This document shows, in pieces, positions 52,171-62,461 of a stretch of DNA of 64,000 bases. Under the pieces are notes generated by a model. It saw nothing but the letters and a program-made list of their open reading frames with translations. It ran no database searches and was not told where the DNA came from. The DNA comes from an uncultured delta proteobacterium. Lineage in GTDB: Bacteria > Desulfobacterota > Desulfomonilia > Desulfomonilales > Desulfomonilaceae. The position numbers were made by a program, and so were the translations under genes. Numbering within the stretch: position 1 is the first letter of the stretch; every line of letters begins with the position of its first letter. The stretch lies in the NCBI GenBank assembly GCA_963789265.1, contig CAWBKB010000003.1, forward strand, positions 256,001 through 320,000, read 5' to 3'.

Positions 52171-52662
52171 ATGGCGAAAATTCGCTTGCAAAGTGAATGG
52201 AAAATGTGGATCGGGCTGGCTGCCATACTTTCACTCATTATCTTCTACCTATATATGGTCAGCCGCCCTCCGATGGAAGGAAACGTATATCTCTGGAACG
52301 TGACCAAGATCGTAGATGCGAAGGACTTGGAGCTGAAGGGTTCCGGGAGTGTCATCCGACTGAGGCTCGCTGGACTGCAGGTTCCTCCGAGTGAGCAGAA
52401 CGCGGCCCAGGAGTTTCTCACCAGGACGCTTGAAAATCAGTGGGTTAGAGTGAAGGTTCTACGGGAAGGGCCAAAAGGGGTTAAGGACGGGTTCGTGTTT
52501 ATATCGGGAGAGGATATAAGCGCGCGAATGATCCGACAAGGACTGGCCGGAATTGATCGAAAAGAGAAGGGGTTCGACATCAGACCGTACATTGAACTGG
52601 AGCAAGAGGCGAAAAGGGAGCATAGAGGTCTGTGGCGACAGCAGACTCCAGGAGTTGGGTGA
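52171..52662 (+). CDS. Thermonuclease (SNase)-like membrane-anchored protein
   Basis: N-terminal TM, IRLRLAGL, MIRQGLA, EQEAK..RGLW motifs. Confidence 0.75.
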   Translation: MAKIRLQSEWKMWIGLAAILSLIIFYLYMVSRPPMEGNVYLWNVTKIVDAKDLELKGSGSVIRLRLAGLQVPPSEQNAAQEFLTRTLENQWVRVKVLREGPKGVKDGFVFISGEDISARMIRQGLAGIDRKEKGFDIRPYIELEQEAKREHRGLWRQQTPGVG

Positions 52663-52663
52663 T

Positions 52664-53957
52664 ATGAAGATCCTTATCGTGGGATCCGGGGGGCGGGAAC
52701 ATACTCTCGCCTGGAAGGTGGCCCAATCGGATCTGGTCAAGGAAGTCATCGTAGCCCCAGGCAACGGGGGTATCGAACGAGAACCCAAATGCAGGCTGGC
52801 TGAAGTGTCTTCGGGAGACGTCCCCGGACTCCTTCGGCTGGCTCGGCAAGAAAAAGTGGACCTCACCGTCGTGGGGCCTGAAGCCCCTCTCGTAGCGGGA
52901 CTGGCTGATGCCTTCCGTTCCGCGGGGCTCAAGGTTTTCGGACCTTCCAGGCAAGCGGCTCAGTTGGAGGGGAGCAAGGTTTTTACCAAACGCCTTCTGG
53001 CGAAATACGGAATCCCGTCGGCGGATTTTGAGGTCTTTGATAATTTCGAAGCGGCCCGCTCCTACCTGAAACGGTTTTCCGATCGCGTGGTGCTCAAGGC
53101 AGACGGTCTGGCAGCGGGCAAAGGGGTATTCGTCTGCGTCGATGGGCCCGAATCTCAATCGGCTCTTTCGACTATCATGAAGGAAAGGGCCTTTGGTGAT
53201 GCGGGCAATAGAGTAGTCATAGAGGAGTGTCTCGAAGGTGAGGAGGCATCTTTCATCGCCTTCACGGACGGTCGAGAGGTGCTCCCTTTGGCCAGTTCCC
53301 AAGACCACAAGGCCATCTTCGATTGCGATAGGGGACCCAACACCGGAGGAATGGGGGCCTATTCTCCTGCGCCGGTGGTCACGCCTGACATTTATGATCA
53401 AATTATGACCAAAGTTATGATTCCGGTGGTGCGCGCAATGGAGCAGGAAGGGGCTCCTTACGTCGGCTTCCTGTACGCGGGCCTGATGATCAAGGACGGG
53501 GTGGCCAAAGTTCTGGAATTCAATGCGCGTATGGGAGATCCGGAAGCTCAACCGCTGCTCTTCAGGATGGAATCCGACCCGGTGCCCCTTATGATCGCCG
53601 CGTTAGAGGGTGGGCTTGGCTCAATGAGAATTGAGTGGGCCCAAGAAGACGCGATTTGCGTGGTAATGGCCTCGGGGGGTTACCCGGGATCGTATGAAAA
53701 AGGAAAGTTCATTACAGGAATTGAAGAGGCTGATGCAATGGAGGGGATTAAGGTCTTCCATGCCGGAACCGGAAAGACAGACGATGGATTCATCACCGCG
53801 GGTGGACGCGTTTCTCGGAGTGACTGCCAAAGCCCCAGGTATATCCAAGGCAATTGCAAGGGCTTATGAAGCTGTTGGAAAGATCCGCTGGGAGAATGCT
53901 TACTACAGAAAGGACATCGGGAAAAAGGCTATACAGAGATGTGGCGGGCCGGCCTGA
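52664..53957 (+). CDS. purD: Phosphoribosylamine-glycine ligase (frameshift at ~53812)
   Basis: GSGGREH, KADGLAAGKGV, GPNTGGMG, EFNARMGDPE, YYRKDIG motifs. Confidence 0.96.
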
Positions 53958-54118
53958 CATGCGCGAAACGAGCTGAGAAAAAGCCCTTAGAACGCACATG
54001 CCCGAGCCTTTGTGCAAGGAACCCGGACATGCTGGAGAAAACGTGCTCGCCTGTTGTCTTAATTATACTTCATCTGTGTCATGGGTCAACGGGATTTCGG
54101 ACAGGACGCGATGAAGCG

Positions 54119-54144
54119 AAAAAAAAGCCCGTTCGGAAACGGGC
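54119..54144 (-). terminator. Intrinsic terminator
   Basis: GCCCGTTTCCGAACGGGC hairpin plus T8 on the minus strand, downstream of iscU. Confidence 0.55.
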
Positions 54145-54413
54145 AAAAGGAAGGATTAGGTTTGGTTTGTCGCTGGACGAGAAACAACCACTTTATGAGG
54201 GAGTTGTCAAGTTTTTTTAAATCAAAATATTATGAAATATTAACCACAATCCCGCATGTCGACACACCATGTTGATATAACAAGCTTTTGTGGTGATTAC
54301 TTTAGCTCCAAATTCCGAAAAAATACGCCTCGCCCGGCGTCCCCATTGGCTCAATTCCTCTCGGATATCACCCGGCCCCCAATTTGCCCCCCCCGTCGCG
54401 GCGCCTCTTAGAA

Positions 54414-54905
54414 CTATTTGGAGGTGCGCTCGCATACCGCTTGGCAATAGGGCGCTTCTTCAGGATCGTTGACGTCGCACACCGGGCATTCGCAAACCTC
54501 TGGCCCGTCGGCAGGTTTTTGGTATTTGGCGCCTTTGTTCTTTGCTCTGTAGTCCTCTATGGCCCTATGCAGAGCATCAGCGCCCAAATTGGAGCAATGG
54601 TGCTTCTTGCTCGGCAGTCCGTCCAGTGCAGAAATAACGGACTTGTTAGTGATCTTCATGGCCTCATCGAGAGTTTTCCCTTTGGCCATCTCGCTTACCA
54701 TGCTGGACACCGCAATCGCAGCCCCGCATCCGAAGGTCTTGAACTTTACATCCTCGAGGACATTGTCCTTGACTTTGATGTAAAATGCCATGATATCGCC
54801 GCATGCGGGATTGCCCACTTCGCCGACTCCATCGGCATCCGGGATTTCGCCCACATTGCGGGGATTCTTGAAATGATCCATAACTATCTCACTGTACATA
54901 TTCAC
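54414..54905 (-). CDS. iscU: Fe-S scaffold IscU/NifU-N with Cys-rich tail
   Basis: DHFKNPRNVG, GNPACGD, TFGCGAAIA, KHHCS motifs. Confidence 0.92.
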   Translation of the reverse strand: MNMYSEIVMDHFKNPRNVGEIPDADGVGEVGNPACGDIMAFYIKVKDNVLEDVKFKTFGCGAAIAVSSMVSEMAKGKTLDEAMKITNKSVISALDGLPSKKHHCSNLGADALHRAIEDYRAKNKGAKYQKPADGPEVCECPVCDVNDPEEAPYCQAVCERTSK

Positions 54906-55129
54906 CCCCTGGGATTATAGACAAGGGCCGATCGTTCGGCACCAGAGCCGACTCTATCCCCACAGACCTTTCAGAGCCGAAAAGAACCAAATCCATTGGC
55001 TCTTCACAGTTTTTCCCATCCCGCGCACTCAGTTTGTAAGATCTCGAAAGCGGGCTCGATTTCAAAAACTCGTGCCCTCTGTAGCAATGCTTATTGTGCT
55101 TTGGCATCTCACCATCTACTTGCGCCCCT

Positions 55130-56320
55130 TTACACTTGACCCCCGGATTTGGTTTTGGTCGTTCTTTTGTAAAGAGGCGACATATCCCGCAGCTTTTGGA
55201 CGATAGGAGGCAACACTTCTACTACTGTGTCCACATCGTCATCCGTATTGTCCTGTCCCAGTGTAAACAGAAGTGATCCCTGCGCAGTAGCGGAATCAAT
55301 TCCCATTGCGAGCATGACATGCGAAACCTTCAAAGATCGAGATATGCAGGCCGAGCCGCTGGCTATCTCTATGCCTTCCATATCCAGGAAGAGCAGCATG
55401 GACTCTCCCTCAACGTACTTCACAGTGAGGCTGGCATTGCCGGGGAGCCGCATGGTCGGATGACCCACCAGGTCCACCTCTTCTATGGTTTCGGTAATCT
55501 CTTTAATCAGCCGGTCTCTCAAGGGGATCAAATGATTCATCCTGGTCTCTAGCTCTTGCGTCGCGATTTCGGCTGCTTTTCCCATGCCTACAATGCCGAG
55601 GACATTCTCCGTGCCCGCTCGAAAACCCCCTTCTTGGATCCCCCCGTCCATCAAAGGTGCGATTTTGATCCCTTTACGAACGTAGAGCGCTCCAATGCCA
55701 AGGGGACCGTAGAAAGGATTTGCCGCCAAAGATAGAAGGTCCGCGTTTAACACTTCCACGTCGACGGGGATGGATCCTACCGTTGCCACTGCATCGGTAT
55801 GGAACGGAATCTTGTGGTCGCGTGCAATTTTTCCAATCTCAGCTACAGGCTGAATAGTGCCCGTCTCGTTATTTGCGTGCATAACGGAAACAAGCACTGT
55901 GCGCGGTGTAATTGCCTTTTCCACATCCGCAGGGTCAATCATTCCGTATTTGTCTACGGGTAGGCGCGTCACTTCAGCTCCCTGGTTTTCAAGTGCTTTT
56001 ACCGCGTGCATGATCGAGAAATGCTCGATGGAAGAGGTTACAATATGGTTACCTCGTGCACGATTCGCTTGAAGCACTCCTTTGAGCGCCCAGTTGTTGG
56101 CCTCAGTCCCCCCGGACGTGAAAAAGACCTCTTGCGGCTTTGCGTTGATCAGCGCCGCTACCTTCTCTCTTGCCTCGTCGATAAAGTCGGTCACGTCGGC
56201 GCCGAGGCTGTGCATGCTGGAAGGGTTGCCGTATTTCTCTTTTAGAAACGGAAGCATCGCGTCCACCACCTCGGATAGTATAGGGGACGCAGCAACGTGG
56301 TCCATATTGATACTTCGCAT
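55130..56320 (-). CDS. iscS: Cysteine desulfurase IscS/NifS family
   Basis: YGNPSS, FTSGGTE, ANNETG, HTDAV, SGSAC motifs. Confidence 0.88.
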   Translation of the reverse strand: MRSINMDHVAASPILSEVVDAMLPFLKEKYGNPSSMHSLGADVTDFIDEAREKVAALINAKPQEVFFTSGGTEANNWALKGVLQANRARGNHIVTSSIEHFSIMHAVKALENQGAEVTRLPVDKYGMIDPADVEKAITPRTVLVSVMHANNETGTIQPVAEIGKIARDHKIPFHTDAVATVGSIPVDVEVLNADLLSLAANPFYGPLGIGALYVRKGIKIAPLMDGGIQEGGFRAGTENVLGIVGMGKAAEIATQELETRMNHLIPLRDRLIKEITETIEEVDLVGHPTMRLPGNASLTVKYVEGESMLLFLDMEGIEIASGSACISRSLKVSHVMLAMGIDSATAQGSLLFTLGQDNTDDDVDTVVEVLPPIVQKLRDMSPLYKRTTKTKSGGQV

Positions 56321-56501
56321 TGGGTCGCCTCCCTGAAGATACCGGAGGATACGGGTTGGAGCCTTACAATTATTGACATAAACATAGCTATCGCGCACTG
56401 AAATGTCAACGACGGCGCCTTGCTTTGCGGCTTGTAGCCACCCCCACAATTGTGATAAGCAACTTATGCGCATGTGCTTTCAGATTGCGAAAGGATCTGA
56501 T

Positions 56502-57077
56502 GTGACGACCAAGAATTGGGGGATATCGAGGCAAGAAGCTCGGGCGCTAATGGAGCAGCACTTGGAAACGGACAGCATGCGAAAGCATTGCCTGGCATCT
56601 GAAGCAATCATGAGGGCTCTGGCGCCAAGATTCGGCGCGGACCCGGACATGTGGGGGCTGGTTGGCCTGCTTCATGACATCGATTACAATGAAACACGCG
56701 ACAACATGCCTCAGCACACTCTCTTGACCGAAAAGATTCTCGTCGAAAAAGGTATGCACAGCGCAATAGTTGAGGCGATCAAGTACCACAATGCGGAAAA
56801 CTTGGGCCTCATCAGAAGTGAGCCCATTCACTTTGCCCTCACTGCGGCCGAGACCATAACCGGGATGCTGGTTGCCGCCAGTTTGGTCACACCAGAAAAG
56901 CAACTGTCTGTCGTGAAAATCAAATCCGTGAAGAAGAGAATGAAGGCCAAGGAGTTCGCCAGATCGGTGAACCGCGATCACATTCGCTTGTGCGAAGAAA
57001 TCGGGATCCCCCTGGATGAGTTCATCGGCCTGAGTCTTGAAGCATTGTGCGGAATAAGCGATCAACTGGGTCTGTGA
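56502..57077 (+). CDS. HD (HDIG) domain protein
   Basis: RKHCLA, GLLHDIDY, FARSVNR motifs. Confidence 0.85.
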   Translation: MTTKNWGISRQEARALMEQHLETDSMRKHCLASEAIMRALAPRFGADPDMWGLVGLLHDIDYNETRDNMPQHTLLTEKILVEKGMHSAIVEAIKYHNAENLGLIRSEPIHFALTAAETITGMLVAASLVTPEKQLSVVKIKSVKKRMKAKEFARSVNRDHIRLCEEIGIPLDEFIGLSLEALCGISDQLGL

Positions 57078-57101
57078 TTGAACAAGTCCAGTGACTCCAT
57101 T

Positions 57102-58289
57102 TCACTGTATAATTTGGATGGCATCGGCAAAATTGGTCAGCTTGTCCAGGCCTTTTTCGGTCACGACAAATGAATTTTCAATCCCGGCCAGTCCTTCACC
57201 AGGCAAAATAAATTTGGGCTCCAGGGCTATCACCATCCCCTGTTTCAGAACATAGGGTGCTTTCCTTCCGATCACCGGCAGTTCGTCCAATTCAAGTCCA
57301 ATTCCGTGCCCTACAAACGGCACAGCTTGTGGATATCCCATAAAGCCTTCCTTTAATCCCGCCTCCTCTGCCATGTGCATGGCGGTCTCGTAGAGGTCTT
57401 CCGCTCTGGTTCCGGGACTACCTTGTCCCACAAGGGCATCTTGAATAGCCAGAGCGGTTGAATGTATCTTCAGATACTTGTTGGGAGCCTCTCCGATGAA
57501 GAAAGTCCTCGCCTGATCTACCAGATATCCATCCACGACCGCCACGTAGTCTATCTGGATAGGTTCGTTTCTCCGGATAATCTTCGAGCCGGCCCCTTGC
57601 GGCATCGTGGGGTTGAGTCCAGGTCCGCCGGTCGGCCCTATCGAACAACTCGGCACTGCCAAATTATGCCCTGACATGATATGCCCATAGAAGACCTCGT
57701 TATTGAAGCTCCTTATCCTTACGAACCCCTGATGACCTCTCTTCCGATACTGAGCTTCCAAGAGCCCGGCGAATTCAACTTCCGATATCCCTTCCTCGAG
57801 GATTTCTCGTACCTGAGAATATATGGCGTCATTCATGCTAGCGGCCTGTTTCATGATTTGAAGCTCGTACTGGGATTTGACCATGCGGGTCTCTTTTATC
57901 AAAGGTGAGATGTCGGCGATGACGGCATGAGGAAAGAGTTCCGAATAGAGCCGATAATTGTTGACAGGCAGCACGTCCAACTCCATCCCCAGAGTGATCA
58001 TACCGCGAGCGCATGCAGAATCGACGGCCTTCTTCAGGTCTGAAAGGCTCTTCACTGGCGATATGGATTCGAGAGGTGATTCCTGTACGGCCCTTTCAAA
58101 ATCCTTCCGCACCAAAAGCAGAGGGGAGCCGTCAACCGGCACGAAGAGATGAGCGTCCTGGCCGGTTCCGGAAAAATAGGAGAGGTCCACCCGTTGAACG
58201 ATTAAGGCAGCGTCAAAGCCGTTCTCTGCCATTGCAGACTGAAGCACGGTGATACGCCGCTGGATTTCTTCTGAAGGTGTTGAGGGCAT
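57102..58289 (-). CDS. Xaa-Pro peptidase family M24
   Basis: Creatinase N-terminal domain, DQARTF, GHGIGLE, ALEPK, GIEN motifs. Confidence 0.9.
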   Translation of the reverse strand: MPSTPSEEIQRRITVLQSAMAENGFDAALIVQRVDLSYFSGTGQDAHLFVPVDGSPLLLVRKDFERAVQESPLESISPVKSLSDLKKAVDSACARGMITLGMELDVLPVNNYRLYSELFPHAVIADISPLIKETRMVKSQYELQIMKQAASMNDAIYSQVREILEEGISEVEFAGLLEAQYRKRGHQGFVRIRSFNNEVFYGHIMSGHNLAVPSCSIGPTGGPGLNPTMPQGAGSKIIRRNEPIQIDYVAVVDGYLVDQARTFFIGEAPNKYLKIHSTALAIQDALVGQGSPGTRAEDLYETAMHMAEEAGLKEGFMGYPQAVPFVGHGIGLELDELPVIGRKAPYVLKQGMVIALEPKFILPGEGLAGIENSFVVTEKGLDKLTNFADAIQIIQ

Positions 58290-58333
58290 GAGCGATTATA
58301 ACAGGTCTTGAAAGTTATCACGGAATGATTTGC

Positions 58334-58368
58334 GGGTGCCACTGCTGGCTTGCCCTGCAGTGGCACCC
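58334..58368. repeat. REP-like palindrome
   Basis: GGGTGCCACTGC-TGGCTTGCCCT-GCAGTGGCACCC. Confidence 0.6.
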
Positions 58369-58575
58369 AAAACACAACCTTTTTTTGTTAAATTCCAGCC
58401 CAAAAAAAACAGAACTCTTGAGATCGGTCCCACGTAGTAGTCGTCGGTGGATGCAAAGCTGTGCAGACAGATCATGAATCTCGAAATTCGTTTGAGAGCC
58501 TTTGCTGACATTTCTCCAAGGAGGTTTTGCGCGGTCTCGGTTGTGGAAAAAAATGCTGTATCTATTCCATCGGCC

Positions 58576-59601
58576 TCATTTCTGAGGTTCGATGACGACT
58601 TTCATGGATTCCGCGGCCTTCACCACCAGGGAGAAGCCCTCGCCCGTCTTTTCCAGCGGCAAACGATGGGTGATCATTCCGGTGACATTCAGCCTGCCCG
58701 ATGAGATAAGCTCGATCGCCATGTTTATGTTCCGTGGGCTCCCGGCGTACGAGGAGGTCATGCTGATCTCCTTTCGCCAGAGTTCGTTGAACGGCATCTC
58801 AACCTGGGCCCCAGGGTCTGAAGGAGCAAAGAAGAGTATGCTGCCTCCCCGATCTACTGCCTGAAACGCCTGCTTGAGTGCCGAAACGGCGCCGGTCGAG
58901 ACTATGACCAACTCGGCAAGCCGACCGTCATTGCTCTCTTTTAGGCGGTCCATGAAATTCTCGCCAGGCATCAGGACTGCATCTGCTCCGAATTTTCGGG
59001 CAGCATCCAGTCGGGAGGTGTTGATATCTACAGCAATAACCCGGGCAGCGCCTGCGGTTCGGGCGAGTTGGATGTGCAACAATCCGGCTATCCCGCTGCC
59101 GATCACAAGGACCCTTCTCCCCGGGATCCATCCGGCATGCTCTTGCCCCCTGACCACGCAGGCAAGGGGCTCGATAAAGACCCCCTCATCGTAAGACATA
59201 GAATCGGGCAAACGGTACATCCCGTTACGAACATTTATTGCCGGTACCCTTACGTACTCAGCAAATCCCCCCGGATCAAAATTGGTCGCCGAAAGCGTAT
59301 CGCAAACCGAATGATGACCGGCCAGACAGTACCTGCACATATTGCACGGGACGTGATGGGAAACAAAGACGTGATCGCCTTTGTTCCATGCGCGGACATT
59401 AGACCCGATTTCTGCTATTTCTCCGCAGATCTCGTGTCCGAGTACGAGAGGTGCCTTGGGCAGACGATACCACTCCAGCACGTCGCTACCACAAACGCCA
59501 CTTGCCCAAACCTTGACAAGGAGTTCATCCGGACCGATGCGAGGGACTGTGATCTCTTCTATCCTGACATCCCTGTTGTTGTAGTACATGGCCACGCGCA
59601 T
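58576..59601 (-). CDS. Zinc-dependent alcohol/polyol dehydrogenase
   Basis: GVCGSD, GHE, CxxCxxC, GSGIAG motifs. Confidence 0.92.
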   Translation of the reverse strand: MRVAMYYNNRDVRIEEITVPRIGPDELLVKVWASGVCGSDVLEWYRLPKAPLVLGHEICGEIAEIGSNVRAWNKGDHVFVSHHVPCNMCRYCLAGHHSVCDTLSATNFDPGGFAEYVRVPAINVRNGMYRLPDSMSYDEGVFIEPLACVVRGQEHAGWIPGRRVLVIGSGIAGLLHIQLARTAGAARVIAVDINTSRLDAARKFGADAVLMPGENFMDRLKESNDGRLAELVIVSTGAVSALKQAFQAVDRGGSILFFAPSDPGAQVEMPFNELWRKEISMTSSYAGSPRNINMAIELISSGRLNVTGMITHRLPLEKTGEGFSLVVKAAESMKVVIEPQK

Positions 59602-59721
59602 ACATGCCGCTCCAAAATGCTTGCCCCCACAAGTTGCAAATGTTTCACGACGAGAAGAACCCACTTCTACAGGTCCGGGCAGAGGCCGAGATCGTGTACC
59701 GGAAGATCCACCTATGGCCCG

Positions 59722-60606
59722 TCAGCATCGAGCCGCCTTCTTTTCATCCTCATAGATTTTCAAGGCCGTCTCAGGCTTCTCATCGTAGTGGACTATCGCG
59801 CGCACCGCTTTTATCATTCCCACAGGGCAATCGGACTGAAAAATGTTGCGTCCCATGTCCACCCCGACCGCGCCCTGAGAAACTGCGTTGTGAGCCATGG
59901 TGAGAGCTTCAAGCTCGGGAAGTTTCTTGCCGCCTGCCATAACAATGGGGACCGGGCAGGTGGTTGTGACCCGCTCGAAATTCTCGCAAAAATAGGTCTT
60001 TACAATGTTGGCCCCCATTTCCCCTGCCATTCTGGAAGCAAGAGACAGATAGCGTGCGTCTCGTGCCATTTCCCGACCGACAGCCGTTACGGCCAGAACG
60101 GGGATCCCGGCAGAATACCCTTCGTCGATAAGATCGGAAAACGCTACGAGCGTCTGGTGCTCATGGGGGGCCCCGATGTAAATTGACAGGGCCATTCCGG
60201 ACACATTCAGGCGGATGCAGTCATCCAGGGACACATTGCATGTCTCGTTGGATAGTTCGCTGAGCACACTGTTTCCGCCTGAAACCCGCAACACGATGGG
60301 GACCTGGCTGCCGGGCGGAACTGAGGTGCGCAGTATGCCCCGTGTGAGCATCAAACAATCCGCGTACGGAATCAGCGGCGCCAGGGTCTGCTCCATGACT
60401 TCAAGTCCCGAAGTCGGGCCTTGAAAGTATCCGTGATCCACTGCCAACATGACCGTGCGGCCCGTATCAGCCTTTATGATCCGGGAAAGTCGGTTTTTCA
60501 TTCCCCAATCCAAGTGGGAACAACCTTTCAAATGAAACCCAACCGAGCTTCCAGCGACCGGTGCTCTCACATCTCGAGCATCCAAGAATCCTTCAACATC
60601 CGCCAT
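59722..60606 (-). CDS. lsrF: LsrF-like class I aldolase/thiolase
   Basis: DWGMKNRLSRI, AVDHGYFQGPT, VKTY, AGGKK, DMGRNIFQ motifs. Confidence 0.85.
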   Translation of the reverse strand: MADVEGFLDARDVRAPVAGSSVGFHLKGCSHLDWGMKNRLSRIIKADTGRTVMLAVDHGYFQGPTSGLEVMEQTLAPLIPYADCLMLTRGILRTSVPPGSQVPIVLRVSGGNSVLSELSNETCNVSLDDCIRLNVSGMALSIYIGAPHEHQTLVAFSDLIDEGYSAGIPVLAVTAVGREMARDARYLSLASRMAGEMGANIVKTYFCENFERVTTTCPVPIVMAGGKKLPELEALTMAHNAVSQGAVGVDMGRNIFQSDCPVGMIKAVRAIVHYDEKPETALKIYEDEKKAARC

Positions 60607-60711
60607 GGCTGGTTTACCTCTTTGTTGAATAATGGGAAGCGAAAATGTAACAAAGGCATCATGTGGTGTCAACTTTGGACGCGAAAAGGACCGTTTGCCT
60701 GCGCCAAAGGA

Positions 60712-61440
60712 TCAAAAACGATGAATGACCGAGGCCAGGCCCTGTATCATATCTGTTCCCGAATTGGAATTGTGAAGCTCGTCCCCTTTACCCCACATAT
60801 TCCCATTGCATAGGTGTCTCCACTGCACCCCCATAGAAAAGACACCGTTACCCGGCAAACACCGCTCAAACCCGAATCCCCCGAGAAAAGACCAGTTCCA
60901 TCGGGAACCCGAATTGCGGAAAGTCTCTGACACGTAGCTGAGGCCCGCACCGCTTTCAAGGTACGGTACCACGCCGAGCGAGCAGATAGGAAAAGTGAAG
61001 CGGCCCTTGGGGCGCCATGCCAATTCGTATCCGTCATGAAAATCGAGTCTTTTTACCCGTTCGATAGCACCCTCATAATAGACGACATACGACGCAAGCA
61101 GCGCTACTTGGACTTCGGCCATCGCAGGGCCCCAAATGGTGTCCGCAGGATAACGGCTTACATCCTTGCTGAATTCGAGGGTGGCATAGTCGAGTTGGGT
61201 GGAGGTCCCGTAAGTGCGACCGTATGCAAACTTTAAGCCGAAATCCTTGGGCGGCCGGCAGTCTGGGGCCCGAGGGAGAAGACAAGCTTGCATGCAGTTG
61301 AGTTGAGTAGGGTTTTGAGCAGGTCCAAGGGAGCTCATGTACGGCAAGTTGCCATCCCAGCTTAGGGCCGATGAGTACCACATGATGAACGTCGCCGAAA
61401 CAATGACGCCGAAAACCACGCGACAGCGCGAAACCACCAT
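60712..61440 (-). CDS. PagL-like (acyloxyacyl hydrolase) outer-membrane beta-barrel
   Basis: Signal peptide, PYLESGAG, WRHLCNG..NSGTD, C-terminal Phe. Confidence 0.65.
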   Translation of the reverse strand: MVVSRCRVVFGVIVSATFIMWYSSALSWDGNLPYMSSLGPAQNPTQLNCMQACLLPRAPDCRPPKDFGLKFAYGRTYGTSTQLDYATLEFSKDVSRYPADTIWGPAMAEVQVALLASYVVYYEGAIERVKRLDFHDGYELAWRPKGRFTFPICSLGVVPYLESGAGLSYVSETFRNSGSRWNWSFLGGFGFERCLPGNGVFSMGVQWRHLCNGNMWGKGDELHNSNSGTDMIQGLASVIHRF

Positions 61441-61654
61441 ATCCTCCTTGGCACGGAACAACAAAAAACCAAAAACCAACAGTGGACCGCTCGGTAACAC
61501 GAACTTCGCGCGCTGTCAAGTAAGAAAAAGCTATAAGTATATGACAATATAGTGGCTCGCGGGAGGGCGTAAGCAGCACTTGAGTATGTGCTTGTAAATG
61601 AGCTCAATTAAGTGTGGGCGGGAATTGAAATGGACCTGGATGGTTCGCCCAAAT

Positions 61655-62461
61655 TTAGTGCTTCGGAATTCTCTTTTCCAGATCGACGATTTCTTCTTTG
61701 AGACGCCTGCGCGCTGTTTGGTCGTCTTCGAGTTTCAATGCCATGCGATACCACCTCACCGCCTTCTCAGGCTCCTTCTTTTGTCGGTAAATGAAACCTA
61801 AATGCTTGATGGCCGTGAGATGGTTCGGGTCTTGAGCTATTACCACGGACAGATCTTTGATAGCGTCGTCATACCTGCCTAATTGCTCAAAGATGTAAGC
61901 GCGATTGCCCAGGGCCCTTATCGCCCGAGGCTTGAGCTGGATGATTCTGCCGAGATCAACTAAGGCCTTTTCGTGCTCGCCTGTGTCAAAAAATACTGCC
62001 GCCCTATTGGTAAGTGCGTCGGTATTGTCCGGGTTCAGACTGACCGCCTTGCTCAAATCCTTAATGGCCTTTGAAAAATCTCCCCGTAATCTATGAATGG
62101 TTCCTCGGACGACATACGCGTCCACGCACTCTGGATCGAGCTTGATTGCTTTGTCCAGATCCCGAAGGGCACGGTCCAGGTGACCCTGCAGAAGGAAGAC
62201 CTTGCCGCGATTGAGCAGCGCTTTGACATTTTTCCCGTGGGATGCTTTCAGACTCGCATCGAACAGTTCGACGGCTTTACTCACATTTCCAGCGTTAGCC
62301 TTAAGGATCCCCTGGTGCGCCAACTCCAGGGCCTGCTCGCTCGAGAGCGGGTGCGATTCCTTAGCCCACAGGTGGGATCCCATCACCGCAAGTAGGCAAA
62401 CGATTGCAAACGGGCTTATGATGCTGAAGCCTTTTGGTTTCATAACCTTTGATGCTTTCAC
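61655..62461 (-). CDS. TPR-repeat exported protein
   Basis: Repeated A..NRG/A..DL.KAI.L.P units. Confidence 0.88.
   Translation of the reverse strand: MKASKVMKPKGFSIISPFAIVCLLAVMGSHLWAKESHPLSSEQALELAHQGILKANAGNVSKAVELFDASLKASHGKNVKALLNRGKVFLLQGHLDRALRDLDKAIKLDPECVDAYVVRGTIHRLRGDFSKAIKDLSKAVSLNPDNTDALTNRAAVFFDTGEHEKALVDLGRIIQLKPRAIRALGNRAYIFEQLGRYDDAIKDLSVVIAQDPNHLTAIKHLGFIYRQKKEPEKAVRWYRMALKLEDDQTARRRLKEEIVDLEKRIPKH

Noticed and set aside
2422..53957. Pseudogene or programmed-frameshift calls for split genes
   Set aside because: Both halves are intact and essential genes are affected, which is best explained by indel sequencing error.
56044..56052. ATGGTTAC TIR-like word inside iscS
   Set aside because: It lies in coding sequence with no partner end or TSD, so it is a chance match.
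52580..60186. Long antisense ORFs 52580..53551 and 59068..60186
   Set aside because: They overlap purD and ADH/lsrF on the opposite strand and show no motifs.
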